Source of the DNA: Heteronotia binoei
Taxonomy: Eukaryota
Length of the DNA stretch: 64,000 bases
Reading direction: 5' to 3'
Assembly (NCBI RefSeq): GCF_032191835.1
Contig: NC_083234.1
Span: forward strand, 48,918,001-48,982,000
The position numbers and the translations under genes are program-made. This document shows, piece by piece, positions 50,831 through 63,162 of the stretch (positions within the stretch are counted from its first letter, which is position 1; each line of letters opens with the position of its first letter). The notes under the pieces were generated by a model. It made no database searches and was not told the origin of the DNA. It worked only from the letters and a program-made list of their open reading frames with translations.

Positions 50831-53800
50831 ATCATTTGGCATCTGGAATCTCTTCACTCTCCAAGATATAAGGACCAATCCAAATGTTCTAATTGCTAAT
50901 CAGGGTCTTCTGAAAGAAAATAAATCCAGACAGGAACAGAGAAAACCAATCTTTTTTTCAACCTTTCAGAATAAGTCTCAATGTACATTGTGCTTGTCAG
51001 AAGAATCCACCCATCCACCCTCTGAAGTAGTGTGCTTGCACACAAAACCTTATACTTGGAATAAAATGCTGATAGTCTTGAAGTCTCTTTCCTCCTGCTC
51101 CCTTCCTCCCCAAAAGAGGAGGAGCAGTCCTGGAGAAGAAAGCAGAAGGGGTGTGCATGTGAAGGGGGGGGCGCTTGTCTTTGTATCTTTCCTGCACAAA
51201 GCAGGAAGCAGCTGCAGAGCTCTGTGTGTGTGTGATGGGTGGGGGAGGGAGGCAAGAGAGATGAATCAAAGAGCACTGAGGGAGCTGGGGGGAAACCAAG
51301 TTAAAGTGTGGCTGTAGTAGCAACCCTGGAAAAGGAAGCAGGAGAAGGAAGTTGCATGGAGGATGGATCTGAGCCCTGCACAGGCTGGATGCAGCCTCTG
51401 GGCTGCATGTTTGACACCCATGCATTACAGGGTTTCATGCAACTGACTCATCCCCCCCTCGAGAAGTGATCCTGTTTATAGGAAAGAAGCAGCTGTTAAG
51501 AAAATCAGGGAAAGGAAAGGCCATGTAATCCTTTCATCCTTCCAAAGGTGTCAGCCAATCCCCAGATGCCCTGGAAAAAAAATGGTCTATGTATTCCCTT
51601 TCAGTATAATAAGCACATAATCTCCAAGGCAATGGTAAGTATATCCCCCCAGCTTGCAATATCATTGACTTCTTTTCTGAGGAGCCAGCTGCCCTCCTGT
51701 GAACTGGTCTGGGAGGAAGGGGCATCTGCCATCCCTTCCAGAAGGAAGGCCTGTACACACAAGGTGGCCTCATCTGTGAGGCCAGGCAAGCCAGTCATTG
51801 CTGCTGGAGCTGAGGAGAGCTGGGCACTATAAAGGTGAAGATGGGTTGATTTGCCTTAACATGCCCTAAACTAGTTCCCTAAAGGAGCTGCCATTGGTTT
51901 ATATGAGGCTTCAGCAGGAAAACTTCTGGGTGGTTCAGGCCCCGACATCCATCAGTTGGAGGGGAGGAGCTTCCACCTCCTGCACTCAGATGTGTCTGCC
52001 AAGATGGCCTTCTAGACTGTCCTTTCCTCCTCATGAAACTGAGAGGCATTTCAGAAAGGTCAGTTACATAAAAGGAAAATTGATCAGTGTACTGTGACCT
52101 AACCAGATGGGAGGGGGAGATTGAATTTGAGCAAGCAGAATGGATGGGAAGGAGATCAAGTTCAGAATTTGTGAAGATGAAATGGGCACGTGGTGGCGTG
52201 ACATACAGAAATTGCACTCTCCCCCCTCCCCCATCATGCCGCAGAACAACACTGGTGATTGGAAAATGTGGCTTAAGCAGCACCATCTCTGGTTCTAGCT
52301 CTAATGTCATGTAAACCAGACAAAAGATCAATATTAATCTGCTTACAGCTAAACACTGATGCAACAAGAGAGAACAAGGCTTCTAGTTATTTAATGAAGA
52401 ATATGGAAGCAGATGTTTGTGGAACAGCCATGCTTTTTTTTCAGAAAGGAGCCAAGGTTTAAGAGAAGACTGTGAAGAACTTGATTTTTAAAGGTGGCTA
52501 TAGTTGGAACCCAGAGTGTCTCCGCGTATCATTTCAATTTATATACCCCCATCAGGTCTTTTCTGATTCCAGATACTAGTTGAGGGTGTCCAGCCTCAAT
52601 TCCAGTAGCACAATTAGATGGAAAGGAGAAAGAGAAAAAGGGCATATCAGTGTACCTTAGACCTCTCACTTCAGACCTCTGGATGTCTCTTTTCCATCTG
52701 CACCATTTGGTCCTAATATCCTTCAACACCAATGCTTGAATAGTATCAAAGTGGATATTTCAGCCAAATAGACTGACTGAAGTGAGCTACATGTGCATTC
52801 TCCAGATTTGAATGAAAGCTCTGGAGACAGCACCACTGATGCTGTGAGGTGGAAAACCCAGGGATAATTGACATTTCTGCCTGGAGCAAAGAAACACTTT
52901 GAGAAACGGTGAGAGAAGTGAATTCACAATGAAGCATACTGAGGAAGCTGAGAGAAAGGGACTAAACTGCTTCCGATACCAGGGCTGGTTTGAAACAATT
53001 TCCTGCATGGAGTTTAATATCCATGACAGGTACCCAGTAGCACTTTCCTCACTTAATAATTGGGCATGTTTCCTGGCTGAGCTGTGGTACAACACACAGC
53101 CTAACTGTGAAAGGGAAGGGTGCTTTTCAGACAGTACAGGTACCAAAACTGTACAACATCTGTGCTTCTGCAAATACATGACACATTAAAGTTGTGGAAT
53201 AGAACTTCAGAGGCAGCCGCAAGTGTAGCAGAATGGCTGCATGGGTGGGGGGGGGGGGTACTTTCATGCTCCTGTGTACAACCAGCCCCTAGAGGACTAC
53301 TGTGGAACTTCACCATGGGCACAGAGAAGCTCTGAGCATGGCAGCACTTCACTCACCAAGGATGCTGAGATTTTTTTTAGTTCTTAAAGCAGTTATATTC
53401 CTTTATATTCCATTATAGTCCCCACATCAAGGCCCCCAGAGGCCTGGCTCTGTAATTAAGATGGTAGCACCACCACCATCAGGGAACTGGTTCCCTCAGG
53501 CATAGATAAGCTTAATGAACAAAATCCAAAACAAGAAATGTACCACTAATCTTTATCTTTTAAGTGAACATTTGCTGCACCTCAATTACAATTTGTTTTG
53601 GCAGCCATGGGCTAGATAAAATTGATTCAAGGGCCTGATCTGGCCCTCATCTATGTTGCAAATTCTATCAGAGAAGGAATTCATTTGATGGGAAACGTTC
53701 CACTGAACAGCTCAGATTTCAAAATTTGCACATCTCAAAGTCAGTATCTGAACTGCTACAGCTTGAAAGCTTGTCAACTGACAGTCACGTAACTGGAAGT

Positions 53801-55228
53801 CCAAATGTTGGTTTATTCTCATAATATTATTTGATGAGAATAAAAAAACAAACCACTGAATTATATCTGGAAACATGCCTGTTGCATTCTGAGAACATCT
53901 AAACTAAGCAGAACATAACCATGGAAACAGAAATGTAGTTGCTAATTTTTAAAAGCCAATTAGGATATCAGAACCAGAAACCTATAATTACAAGGAAGGG
54001 TTTTACAATTAGAAAGAGCTTCTTAAGTAAACGAAGAAATGATTTACTAGGTAAGAACTAACAAGTGAAGGGAGTGAAAAGGTGAGAAAAGACCCAGGCA
54101 GCCTGACATGTACACAAGACCTAATACAGAACTGGACTTGTGTGGTAAAGCAATGGCTCAGAAAAGTCAGAAAACTATCTTTGGCAAGCTGAAGAGGCAC
54201 CTTAAACCAGCAGAAACCAGCAAAGGTCTCCTGTTGAGCAGTGTTGCAGTGAATGGAAGCCTCTGGTCCAAGCCTGAGGAGTTAAAGATAGAATGAGCAC
54301 ATCTGTCAGCATTCAGCAGGCAAAAATAGGGATGCTTTTTCTAACATCCTTATGTTCATACCACCAGCTTTCCTAAGCAACCATTCCTCCAACTACTGCA
54401 TATTCTGGAAAGCTTGTTTCTGACTTTGAGTGGGCAACATTCATTTGTTCTGAACAGCCAGTCCTGCGACGGCACTGTGTGTGTCTGTGCATCAGCTTTG
54501 TGTGACATATGCAAGCTATATGTGTTTGAGCAATGAATCCTGATGAACATTTATTGCATTCTTATCCCACCTCCTCTTCCAAGATACTTTGAATGGTATG
54601 TATAGTTCTTTCATTTTATCCTCACAGCAACCATATGAGATGGGTGAGCCATTTTCTCTCACCCAACCTAAGGTCACATAGTGAGTTTCCTGACAAAGAG
54701 CAATCTGAACTCCCAAGCCCTATTCCAGCACTAACCACCATGTAACACTATCTTGAGCTTAGAAACTCATGCCAACAACATTTCAAAAGGTATCCACTAA
54801 AATATCTCCAAAAAGAAAACAGGGACAAGGATTTACCACAGACAAATACAAGAGACTCTCTTCCCTTGTCTTTTCTGCACTGATCATCAGCCCAAGCAGT
54901 TCTAAATTACATTTTTATGCCGCTTTTCAATTTAAAATAAGTTTTCTGCAGGAACTAACATATTAAGACAATATAAAAATCAGAACCAAATTCATAAACA
55001 GTCAACCCGAAGTTTAAAAAAAAAACCTCAGCAAGAATTTCAGAATTACATGATACAGTCTGTGCCCCTGCCTTCAGAGGTGAGTCCAGTGGCAACCAGA
55101 GATAGTCTCCCCCAGCACTGACATCTTGTGCAATGCCCTGCCCATTGAGGCCTGCCTGGCACCAACCCTGCTCCCTTTAGGCGCGAGGCCAACATGTCTC
55201 TTTTTAACCCAGGCTTATAATTTAAAGA

Positions 55229-55524
55229 GAGCCCTGTGGCGCAGAGTGTTAAAGTTACAGTACTGCAGTTCTAAGCTCTGCTCACGACCTGAGTTTGATC
55301 CCCGGTGGAACCTGGGTTTTCAGGTAGCCGTTTCGAGGTTGACACAGCCTTCCATCCTTCAGAGGTCAGTAAAATTAGTACCCAGCTTGCTGGGGGAAAA
55401 GTGTAGATGACTGGGGAAGGCTATGGCAAACCACCCCGTTAAAAGGCTTCTGTGAAAACTTTGTGAAAGCAACGTCACCCCAGTCGGAAACGACTGGTGC
55501 TTGCACAGGGGACCTTTCCTTTCC
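55229..55524 (+). mobile_element. Sauria-type SINE, full length
   Basis: tRNA-like head (A box TGGCGCAGAGTG, B-box-like GAGTTTGATCC), tail ..GGGGACCTTTCCTTTCC; 13-bp TSD TATAA(T/C)TTAAAGA with 1 mismatch. Confidence 0.85.
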
Positions 55525-57633
55525 TATAACTTAAAGACTTCTATGCTCTGCTTCTAATCCCGAGAGCTGTTCTGCTCAACTCAGTGTTTTAGGCTGATTT
55601 ATGTTCCAAGTGTGTTTTTAACCATTAAAATGTTTGCTTGTGCATTATATTTTTTTATTATGGTTCATTTTGTAAGCTGTGTCAACCAGATTCTCTGGAG
55701 AGGCAGCTTGGAAATTTTCTAAATAAATAGCTACCGTTTTCCTACAGAGAACTGAGCTTTGTGAACTTGGTGATTTGTTTTAAAGATCTCAGTCCTTTTC
55801 CTCTTCCAGTTCTCTAGTGCAGAATTGCTGCTGTTTTCTTATTTGTTTTAAGCATATAGTTATTATGGCATTTCGCTCCCCACCTCTCAGTCACTCTCTT
55901 CCCACAGTGAAAGGAGAGGGGGACTAGAAGCTCATCAATAGCTTTAGTGTCCTTACTCGAAGTTTAACTCTTTTCTACAAATTATAAAAAGGCTTTTTAA
56001 AGCCTTTTTAAAGCCTACAACTTAGGTCCTCGAGGCCTACCAACCCCCATGCCCCTTCATCCCTTAGGTCTCTTCCGCAACCAAATCAAAAATATCGCTG
56101 AGTGTACTAATTTGGTTCCTCTTCCTTCATGGTTTACCCCCAGCATAAAAATTTAGATTGTAAGATTCATAAAGCATTAGCAAAGACCCACCCACCCCTT
56201 TTTATTCTATTTATTGCTACCTCACTTTTCTCCTCACCCAGGACTGGCTAAAGTAGCTTATAAACAAACTGAGGTTGCCCTTCTCTAGGTGGGGCCCAGA
56301 GATCTCCTGATATTACAACTGATCTCCAGCCAACAGAGATTAATTTCCTTGGAGAAAATGGCAGTTTTGGCAGATGTACTCCATGGCATTATACCCTGGT
56401 GAGGTTCCTCCCCAAACTCTACCCTCCTCAGGTTCTACCACCCCCCCCAATCTCCTGGTATTCCCAACCTGGAGTTGACAACCCTAAAACCAACACTTTA
56501 AACAAACCATCATGGGTAGGGAGTCAGATGTAATGAGGCCTGGAAAGTAATCTCAATTTGTTTTGAAAGTTAAACTCGTGGGTGATCAAATATTACTTCT
56601 TGATGTATAGAGCATGTTCAGATTAGACAGCAGGGACTGTGACTCAGAAGGGGAGATGGCAGCTAGAAATGAGTGAGTGAGCCAATGTATGCAGCCCTTA
56701 TAGTTAGAGAGAATATGTTATCTTTGAGAGGCAGAAGACAAAAGGAAGGGATGAATATTCAAAGGCAGGGAGGGGGGGAAGAAGGCCAAACCCAGGTTAG
56801 GTACAATCAGGGAGTCAACAGACGCTGCCATTCCCGGCATGCTGAGAGGGGGAAAAAAATAACGTCTGTTAACTGATACCAAGATAGTATCAATCTTTGG
56901 GGGTAGTAGAGTACCCCAGCCACCTAATGTCTCAAAGCCACATTTGCAGCCACTTCAAAGAGATCAAAAGAACCCCCCACTGCCCAAAAGTATCTATGCA
57001 TGGATTGCTGCCTAGGAAACGAGGAATTCCCAGAGATCAAACACCAGACCGTCTCCTGCATCTAAGCCAGATCAGAAGACGTATCCAACCGTAAACAAGT
57101 ATTTATGCACACATCTTAATAACGACTGGATGCTACCTCAGTTGTATGTTTCTGCCCTGTTACAGTATACCGGGGTGTTACGCGTGCTTTCCTGATGCGA
57201 AACATGAAACAGCCTAGTTTATGGCTTGCAAACAGTGTATTTTCTTACAAATTCGGCAAAGAAGTACAACGATGGTATATTTGCCTTCCAGTCAAAGAAG
57301 CAGAATCCCACCATCAAAACGCTGCATGCGATATTAAGTGCCGAGGCAGACAACGACAAAACAAACAAACAGAAGCGCGGTCACCAAAGCACATTTCCCA
57401 CCCTGTGTTATACATTTTCTGCAAAATGCAGAGGAGGGGAAGAGGACAGCATCTTGCACATCAACACCTCCAGGTGTAAATGTTCATTCCGTAACCCAGG
57501 CCATATTTTTTTTTACAAAAACAATTAAAGAGATCGATTTGTTTACTCAGAGACATCTGAAATGGTTAACCGGGAGGACGGTTCCCGAAGACCTTACCCC
57601 TTCAATCATCTTCCAGGACTGATTTGCCTTCAC

Positions 57634-57915
57634 CTGCAGCCAGAGCCCTCTTCTCCTCCTCTCCCTTTCCAGTCAAGGCAGCTCCTCGTAGGAGCTTTTT
57701 CTCCCCATCCTGCGAGATCCTGATTTGACAGTGCGCTCACCACGCCTCTCTGGTACCTCCACTTCTCTGCACACAGATAAAGAAATTAGCCCTAGAGAGA
57801 TCTGAGCAGAGAGGGGAAGATGCACAGAAGAGGCTTCATTTCCACCCAGCCGCCACACATTAGCATCAAAATTAAAAGCACAGAGCTGGGAGCGTGTTGG
57901 GAAGGGGAGGCGGGA
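57634..57915 (-). other. ADD2: Candidate non-coding exon 1 of ADD2 (5' end approximate)
   Basis: Donor CAG|GTGAAG at 57634/57633 downstream of the TATA-like element. Confidence 0.4.
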
Positions 57916-57981
57916 GAGGAGAGCAGCAACCTGCTCGCTTGCCCTTTTTAAATGACAAAAGGGCGACTCCCTCTGTGTCCT

Positions 57982-57998
57982 CAGCGCCCCCTGCTGGC
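57982..57998 (-). promoter_or_regulatory. CTCF-binding motif
   Basis: Minus strand GCCAGCAGGGGGCGCTG closely matches the CTCF core CCAGCAGGGGGCGC. Confidence 0.7.
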
Positions 57999-58859
57999 AG
58001 ACTGGCCCGGTAGCCAGTGCAAGGCTGGCTGCATCCCTGCATCCTTTCCCATTAAGAGCCTTTCCTCTTACTGCAGTGTCGAGAAATGACGCAATGATCT
58101 GTTGCCATTACGGCCTGTTTTTCTCCAATCGGTCTCCCCAAAGCAGAGTCTCGTGGTCTGCCTTTTCACTTGGTATTGGTGGACCACATTCTAGGGCCCT
58201 CTCCAGAGAGAGGCAGTCGGCCAACAACCGCAGCCCTGGATGATTCCAGGCTCTATAGGATAAAATGCTCGTTGGCTGACAGCCCAATCCTGAACAGGTT
58301 TGCCCACAAGAAAGCCCTATGGCTCTCGCTGTGACTTACTTCCAGCAACTCGTGGATGAGAAAAAAAAATATGAGTGTGTGTGTAGTCTTTATTATTAGT
58401 TGCAGTAATATATTCTGTAGTACAGTAGAGAATTGGGGAAAATAAAAGACAGGGAGCTTACAGTTGGAAAGGAGGAGTGGAAAAGCGGGAGCAAAAATAG
58501 AAAGGTAAGTGTGCACTTACATGACTGTCAGGATTCAGGGCTGAAAATCTGTTCATTTTATGTTTTTAGTGACTGGATTACTTCTGTCATTGAAGGCCAA
58601 CATAAAGCAACACCATGATGTTGCAGCTCATAAGACTGTTCTTGATTGTATTAACCAACAAGAGCATCTGTTTGCTCATATAATTTAGAATTGTAATCTG
58701 GCAGCTCACATATTTCTTTGGGGCGCTGCCTAAGAATCACCATTCAAGAAGGAAAACAAAGAGATGAAACCCATTTGGAAGAACTCAGCAGGTGTAGTGG
58801 GATGTGCATACCTTTATTCTTCAGCATTTCACCCATGAATAGGAATATGCTCACTACAT

Positions 58860-58990
58860 TCCTTAAAGAGAGGCTGGATGGCAATGAAGATCCTATGAAT
58901 TTAAGGGAAGGTATTTGTGAGCTTCCTGCATTGTGCAGGGGGGTTGGACTAGATGACCCTGGAGGTCCCTTCCAACTCTGTGATTATATG
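58860..58990 (+). mobile_element. CR1 3' end fragment
   Basis: GCAGGGGGTTGGACTAGATGACCCTGGAGGTCCCTTCCAACTCTGTGATT is a typical CR1 terminus. Confidence 0.8.
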
Positions 58991-60299
58991 CTGCTGAAGG
59001 TTCTGCTGCCTCATCTGTATTTATTTTTATTGTATTCCATTTATATCCCGCCCTCCCCACTAAGATGGGCTCAGGGCGGCTTTCATAGACATGCATATGC
59101 ATGAGTAGACATTATAGTGTAATATTAAAACCATAAAAACATAGAATAGTATAAAAACAAAACACATAGAATAATTAACATTTTGGTGCTATGATCTTAA
59201 GTTTCAGATTTATAATTCTCTGTAAGCAGATCTTAGGTTGTCCTCTCTGCTGCTGCTCTACAGCAGATTGCAAGGGGTGGTTTGTATGTCGCCTAAAAAC
59301 TGTAGTGGCCAGTTTAGTTTACAAATGCCTGGTGGAAGAGTGCCGTCTTACAGACCCTGCAGAACTGTATATTGTATTTGCAGCCCCCAGAGGACAGTAA
59401 TAGGGTTGTCAACTCCAGGTTTGGAAGTTCCTGGATATATGAAGGTGGAGCCTCAGGAGGGCATGGTTAGGGAGTGGTGGGGCCTGAGTGAGGTATAATG
59501 CCATGGATTCCACCCTACAAAGCAGCCATTTTCTCCAGGACAGCTGATCTCTGTAGTCTGGAGATCAGTTGTAATTTGGGGAGTTTTCACAGCTGTGCTT
59601 GGAGGATGGCAAACCTGCCAGCAACACTGCCTATGTTGTACGGTCCCATCAAAAACCCAAATGTAGATCACCACAGCTCTAATCTGTGGACACACGCTGC
59701 ACTTGAAAATAGGGGCAGGGTGTGTCAGAAAAAAAACTGGCTTGGAAGCAAAAGAGTTGGCTAGAAGTGAAAACCTATGGGGGTGCAAGTTCTTTGGGGT
59801 GTCTAATATAAGCTATGAGATCTGGTGGCCTTGTCACAGGGATTTTTGCTGCCTCTTGTGGAATGATAGCTCTGTTGGCACAAGCATAGAGGCACAGGCC
59901 AGATTATGAGACAGGCCCAGATGCTTGCCTGCCTTTCCCATGGTGCACTGCTGTCTGTGCTCTGGTTCACTTGCCCAAGGCATAGGGCGGGTGGATCAGG
60001 AGGAGTGCTGCACAAGAATTTGGTGTGTGGTTTTAAGTGTGACAGTAGTGTCTTATTCTGGATTTTGCTTACAGCATATTTGCCAGGAAGGTCAGGCATC
60101 ACTGCTGGTAAATCTGGTTGTTATTTCTGCATCACTGATTGGCATTTGCAATGGCCAGAGCAGCCAGTGTTTCTGGGATTGAGGCAAAACAGGAAAGGCA
60201 CTCAACTGTTTCATTTTCTAAAAATGGCATGAAGATGCTGAAGCTGGTGGGGAGAAGATAGGAGGAGTGCAGTGTTAACTCTCCTGAATCCCCCAGCAG

Positions 60300-60500
60300 C
60301 TCTTGATATGGTAGATCATGCTATCAGCTAGACTACCTTTTGGGGTTTGGACTAGGAGGCATTGTTTTGCAGTTATTTCAGTCCTACCATGAAGGCGGGT
60401 TTCAGAGTGTGGCTCTTGGGGCCTGCTGCTCAGCCCCCTGGCCTATAGTTTGTGACATCCCAAAAGGTTCCATCTTGTCCTTCATGCTTTTTAACATCTC
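60300..60500 (+). mobile_element. Degraded L2 RT fragment
   Basis: Translation resembles VDH..LGLGGIVLQLFQSY..QSVALG..SAPWPIVCDIPKGSILSFMLFNI. Confidence 0.7.
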
Positions 60501-60773
60501 ATTGTAATATGACCACAGTATGATAGCCTCCATTTAGTCATTTTAGCTTCTAAGGGATAGTTCATGCTTGATTTGATTTAAAGTTCCCTTATTTGTCTTT
60601 GGTGGTTCACAGTATCTGTAAAACTCCTCCAACACCACATTTCAAATGAATCAACTTTCTTCTTGCCAGCCTCCTTCCACATAGCGCTCCCCTTTTTCTG
60701 TCCACAGTCAGCTTTGTTCCAGAGATCCAAATGCACAGGCGCAAAATGAGAATGCTATAAATTAGTGCAAAGC

Positions 60774-60779
60774 TTTATT
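60774..60779 (-). terminator. FIGLA: Candidate FIGLA polyadenylation signal AATAAA
   Basis: TTTATT on the plus strand, in an AT-rich stretch ~400 nt past the candidate exon 4 stop. Confidence 0.35.
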
Positions 60780-61172
60780 GTATTTTAGACAAATTAAATG
60801 CTATTATAAAGAGGGGGGGGGCAGGAACCACCCAAATCCCTTTAGGGAAAGAAGTGCTCATTCTGGAAGTAAAGATCCTGCACCCATCCATTATGGAGAA
60901 CCTGAAAGACAATTTTGTTACCAGCATGAAGAAGTTGCAGCTATTTGCTTAAGAGTTTAATTGCTACCTATTAATTTTTACCAAGTAGCAGAGCAATTTA
61001 AGTTTAATTTAAAAAATCATCCCTTTGCTCCTTTGAAATACAACTAAGTATGTAGGCAGTGAAGCTTTCCACGGTAATCTTATTTCAAACAGACTCTAAC
61101 TATGCAAACTAGTATGTTGCAAAAGTTTTGGGGGTTTGATTCTTTCCTTTCAGCACGTGTGCCCATCTTTGC

Positions 61173-61544
61173 TTATAGGAACTCAGAACTAGAACTCGGT
61201 TTTGTGGCTGAGAAAGTAGCCCATAGTGTGCTTCCCCGTGCCAGAAACATACAGATGCTCTGAAATGTATGCTGCCTTAAAATAAAGACCCACACATCCA
61301 CTCTCTCACATACACAAAATACTGAGTCCCTCCACTGCTGCACTTCCTTGTGCATGATCTCAGAACATGTCCAACTGGCTGCTTGAAGATCACAACATGC
61401 AGAGCCAAGGCTTTCCTGCTTGGGCTGAATAATCTCACTGCTACAATCGATTGCTTGCCCCAGGACATGCAATAAGGGAAGTAAAGAAGCCAGGCAATCT
61501 GGCAAGGAAGCAGCCAGATTGCTAGTTTCTTGGATTGCCCAGGT
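61173..61544 (-). CDS. FIGLA: Candidate FIGLA terminal exon, 123 codons in phase with exon 3 (TWAIQETSNLAASLPDC...SSSSEFL*)
   Basis: Acceptor CTTACATCATTTCAG at 61545; phase 0; open to TAA at 61173-61175; no homology recognised. Confidence 0.4.
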   Translation of the reverse strand, partial: TWAIQETSNLAASLPDCLASLLPLLHVLGQAIDCSSEIIQPKQESLGSACCDLQAASWTCSEIMHKEVQQWRDSVFCVCERVDVWVFILRQHTFQSICMFLARGSTLWATFSATKPSSSSEFL

Positions 61545-62092
61545 CTGAAATGATGTAAGTAGCCAGTCCCTCCTCTCCCCATAGCTTACGCTCATATGAG
61601 CAACTGTGCAGCCCCATAGGGCTTTTGAGGCAAAAGACATTCAGAGGAGGCTTGCCATGGCCTGCCTCTGCACAGCAAACCCTTGCCTTCCTTGGTGGCC
61701 TCTCATCCAAGCACTAACTAGGGCAGACCCTGCCTAGCTTGAGACCTGACCAGACTGCGCCATCCAGGTCAGGGATGTCCTCTAGTTGGGGCAAAAGTGT
61801 CCCCACAGTTCCACAAACCACTTTTTGGCATGAATTTGCAGTTTAGAAGAGGAGATGGAAGCAGTTCCCCTCTCCTATACTGCTTCTGGTATGGAAGGCA
61901 CTTCTTGTCCAGTGCTAAGCCAGCTTTCAAAACACAGATTTGAGACTTCCGGTTTCAAATTTCTAGCCTTTGCTGTTATAGATTTAACAGCTTCTGAAGC
62001 AGTACGCCCCTTTATGAGAATGCCATTTTCAGTGTGATTCAGCAGGCATGGGGTAAAAAGTAATATATTCAGACAGGGGGAAGTCTTACCAA

Positions 62093-62326
62093 TTATCCAT
62101 TTTTGTGAAGCTCTATGAGCCCCACGTAAGCTGGCAGAACAGTCTCCCTCCATGTATATATAGGGGCTTCCAGCACCTCATTTGAGCATGCAGTCTGTGT
62201 GCCACTCTCCACTTTAAAATAGCAGCTGGAACTCTGTGGCACTCTGTTTCCCAATAAGCTTCTCTCCAGGGGGACTGGCACCGAAGTGGTCCCAGAAGGT
62301 TTGTCTTCAACTGGGTCTTCCAGTTT
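62093..62326 (-). CDS. FIGLA: FIGLA exon 3 (KLEDPVEDKPSG...SSSCYFKVESG...LHKNG*); the exon extends to a donor at 62090
   Basis: Acceptor TTTCTGCTTCTAG, phase 0 with exon 2; weak similarity to mammalian KQDPDEQ..ISCAFGLKNE (from memory); TAA lies 3 nt before TTG|GTAAGA. Confidence 0.7.
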   Translation of the reverse strand, partial: KLEDPVEDKPSGTTSVPVPLERSLLGNRVPQSSSCYFKVESGTQTACSNEVLEAPIYTWRETVLPAYVGLIELHKNG

Positions 62327-63009
62327 CTAGAAGCAGAAAGTAAACACGTAGTTAATAAACTAGCTTGGGTGGCTGAGCTGTACTTGGACCAAAACCATGG
62401 AAATATGCACAAGTTAGTATGATCGTGGGGCAGCGCATTAAGAGTTCTATGACGCGTGGTCTAAGCAGACAGCAGAACGAGGGGTATCGACTTTGCCACT
62501 TCGGACTGAAAGATGGATGATGCCACTTTTGAGTTCTTCCACATGAAGAAAAAAATCCCTGAATATAATAATCTAGGCATTTGGGAGAAAGGATCCCTGC
62601 TGTTCTAGTTTTCTACTTGCAGATTTTGCTGAACATGTGAGCCCCTTCTATAATATGAAGAATCTATTATCATTGTAACTGCTACAAAGCCTACTGATCC
62701 TATAGTGGATGACAAAAGTTGAACAGTGGGGGCCACACATAGATGAGGTAAGTATCTTTACATAAGAAGGGGATTCTACAGGTACACAAAAAAGTGACCT
62801 TGCAAATTAACTCATAGGAAAAGATGGCCTTTTAAAAAAAGGCTCAGTGAGGACTAAAAATACCCTCAAAGATATTAAATGTTGAAAGCAGCTGACCATC
62901 AGTTAATGGAAAAAGCAAGGATAGATCAGTTTGCTCAAACCCCTGAGAACTTAAGGAAGCCCTACAGTGGGGATAAGCTGGGGAGCTGAAAAGTCAGCTG
63001 TCCTCCTAC

Positions 63010-63162
63010 CTCACGTCCCGCTGTTTCCTCCAAGATCAAGTGCAGCAAGCGAATGTATTCGGCTGCTGCTTTAAGCATGTCGACTTTACTAGGCTTCCGG
63101 TCTTTTGGGATCAGTGGCACAAGAGACTTGAGCTTGGAAAAACCGCTATTCAAGTTCTTTAT
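63010..63162 (-). CDS. FIGLA: FIGLA exon 2, helix-loop-helix (IKNLNSGFSKLKSLVPLIPKDRKPSKVDMLKAAAEYIRLLHLILEETAGRE); exon 1 not found in the window
   Basis: 153 bp, CAG acceptor, GTAGGA donor; bHLH signature; upstream of ADD2 on the same strand, as I recall for mammals. Confidence 0.88.

Larger units (their letters stand above)
49773..51422. mobile_element. Non-autonomous hAT element hosting nested CR1, MITE and Penelope fragments
   Basis: Ends CAGAGGTATTGAACTC / TTTGACACCCATG with perfect 8-bp TSD CATTACAG (49765-49772, 51423-51430). Confidence 0.85.
56990..58030 (-). promoter_or_regulatory. ADD2: CpG-retaining region; probable ADD2 promoter and proximal intron 1
   Basis: Visibly many more CpGs than the flanking non-repeat DNA; TATA-like ATTTAAAAA (57945-57953, minus strand), GC box near 57904-57916; lies between the FIGLA 3' end and the ADD2 coding exons. 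Confidence 0.55.

Noticed and set aside
50826-51425. Overlapping 126-163 aa ORFs
   Set aside because: They lie inside the non-autonomous hAT element and are low-complexity
52787-53189. Overlapping 96-aa (+) and 130-aa (-) ORFs with a Cys/Trp pattern
   Set aside because: No convincing splice context or recognisable family; length is compatible with chance
57195-57858. Several ORFs near 57.2-57.9 kb as FIGLA exons or a separate gene
   Set aside because: No homology recognised; better explained as the CpG-retaining promoter/UTR region of ADD2
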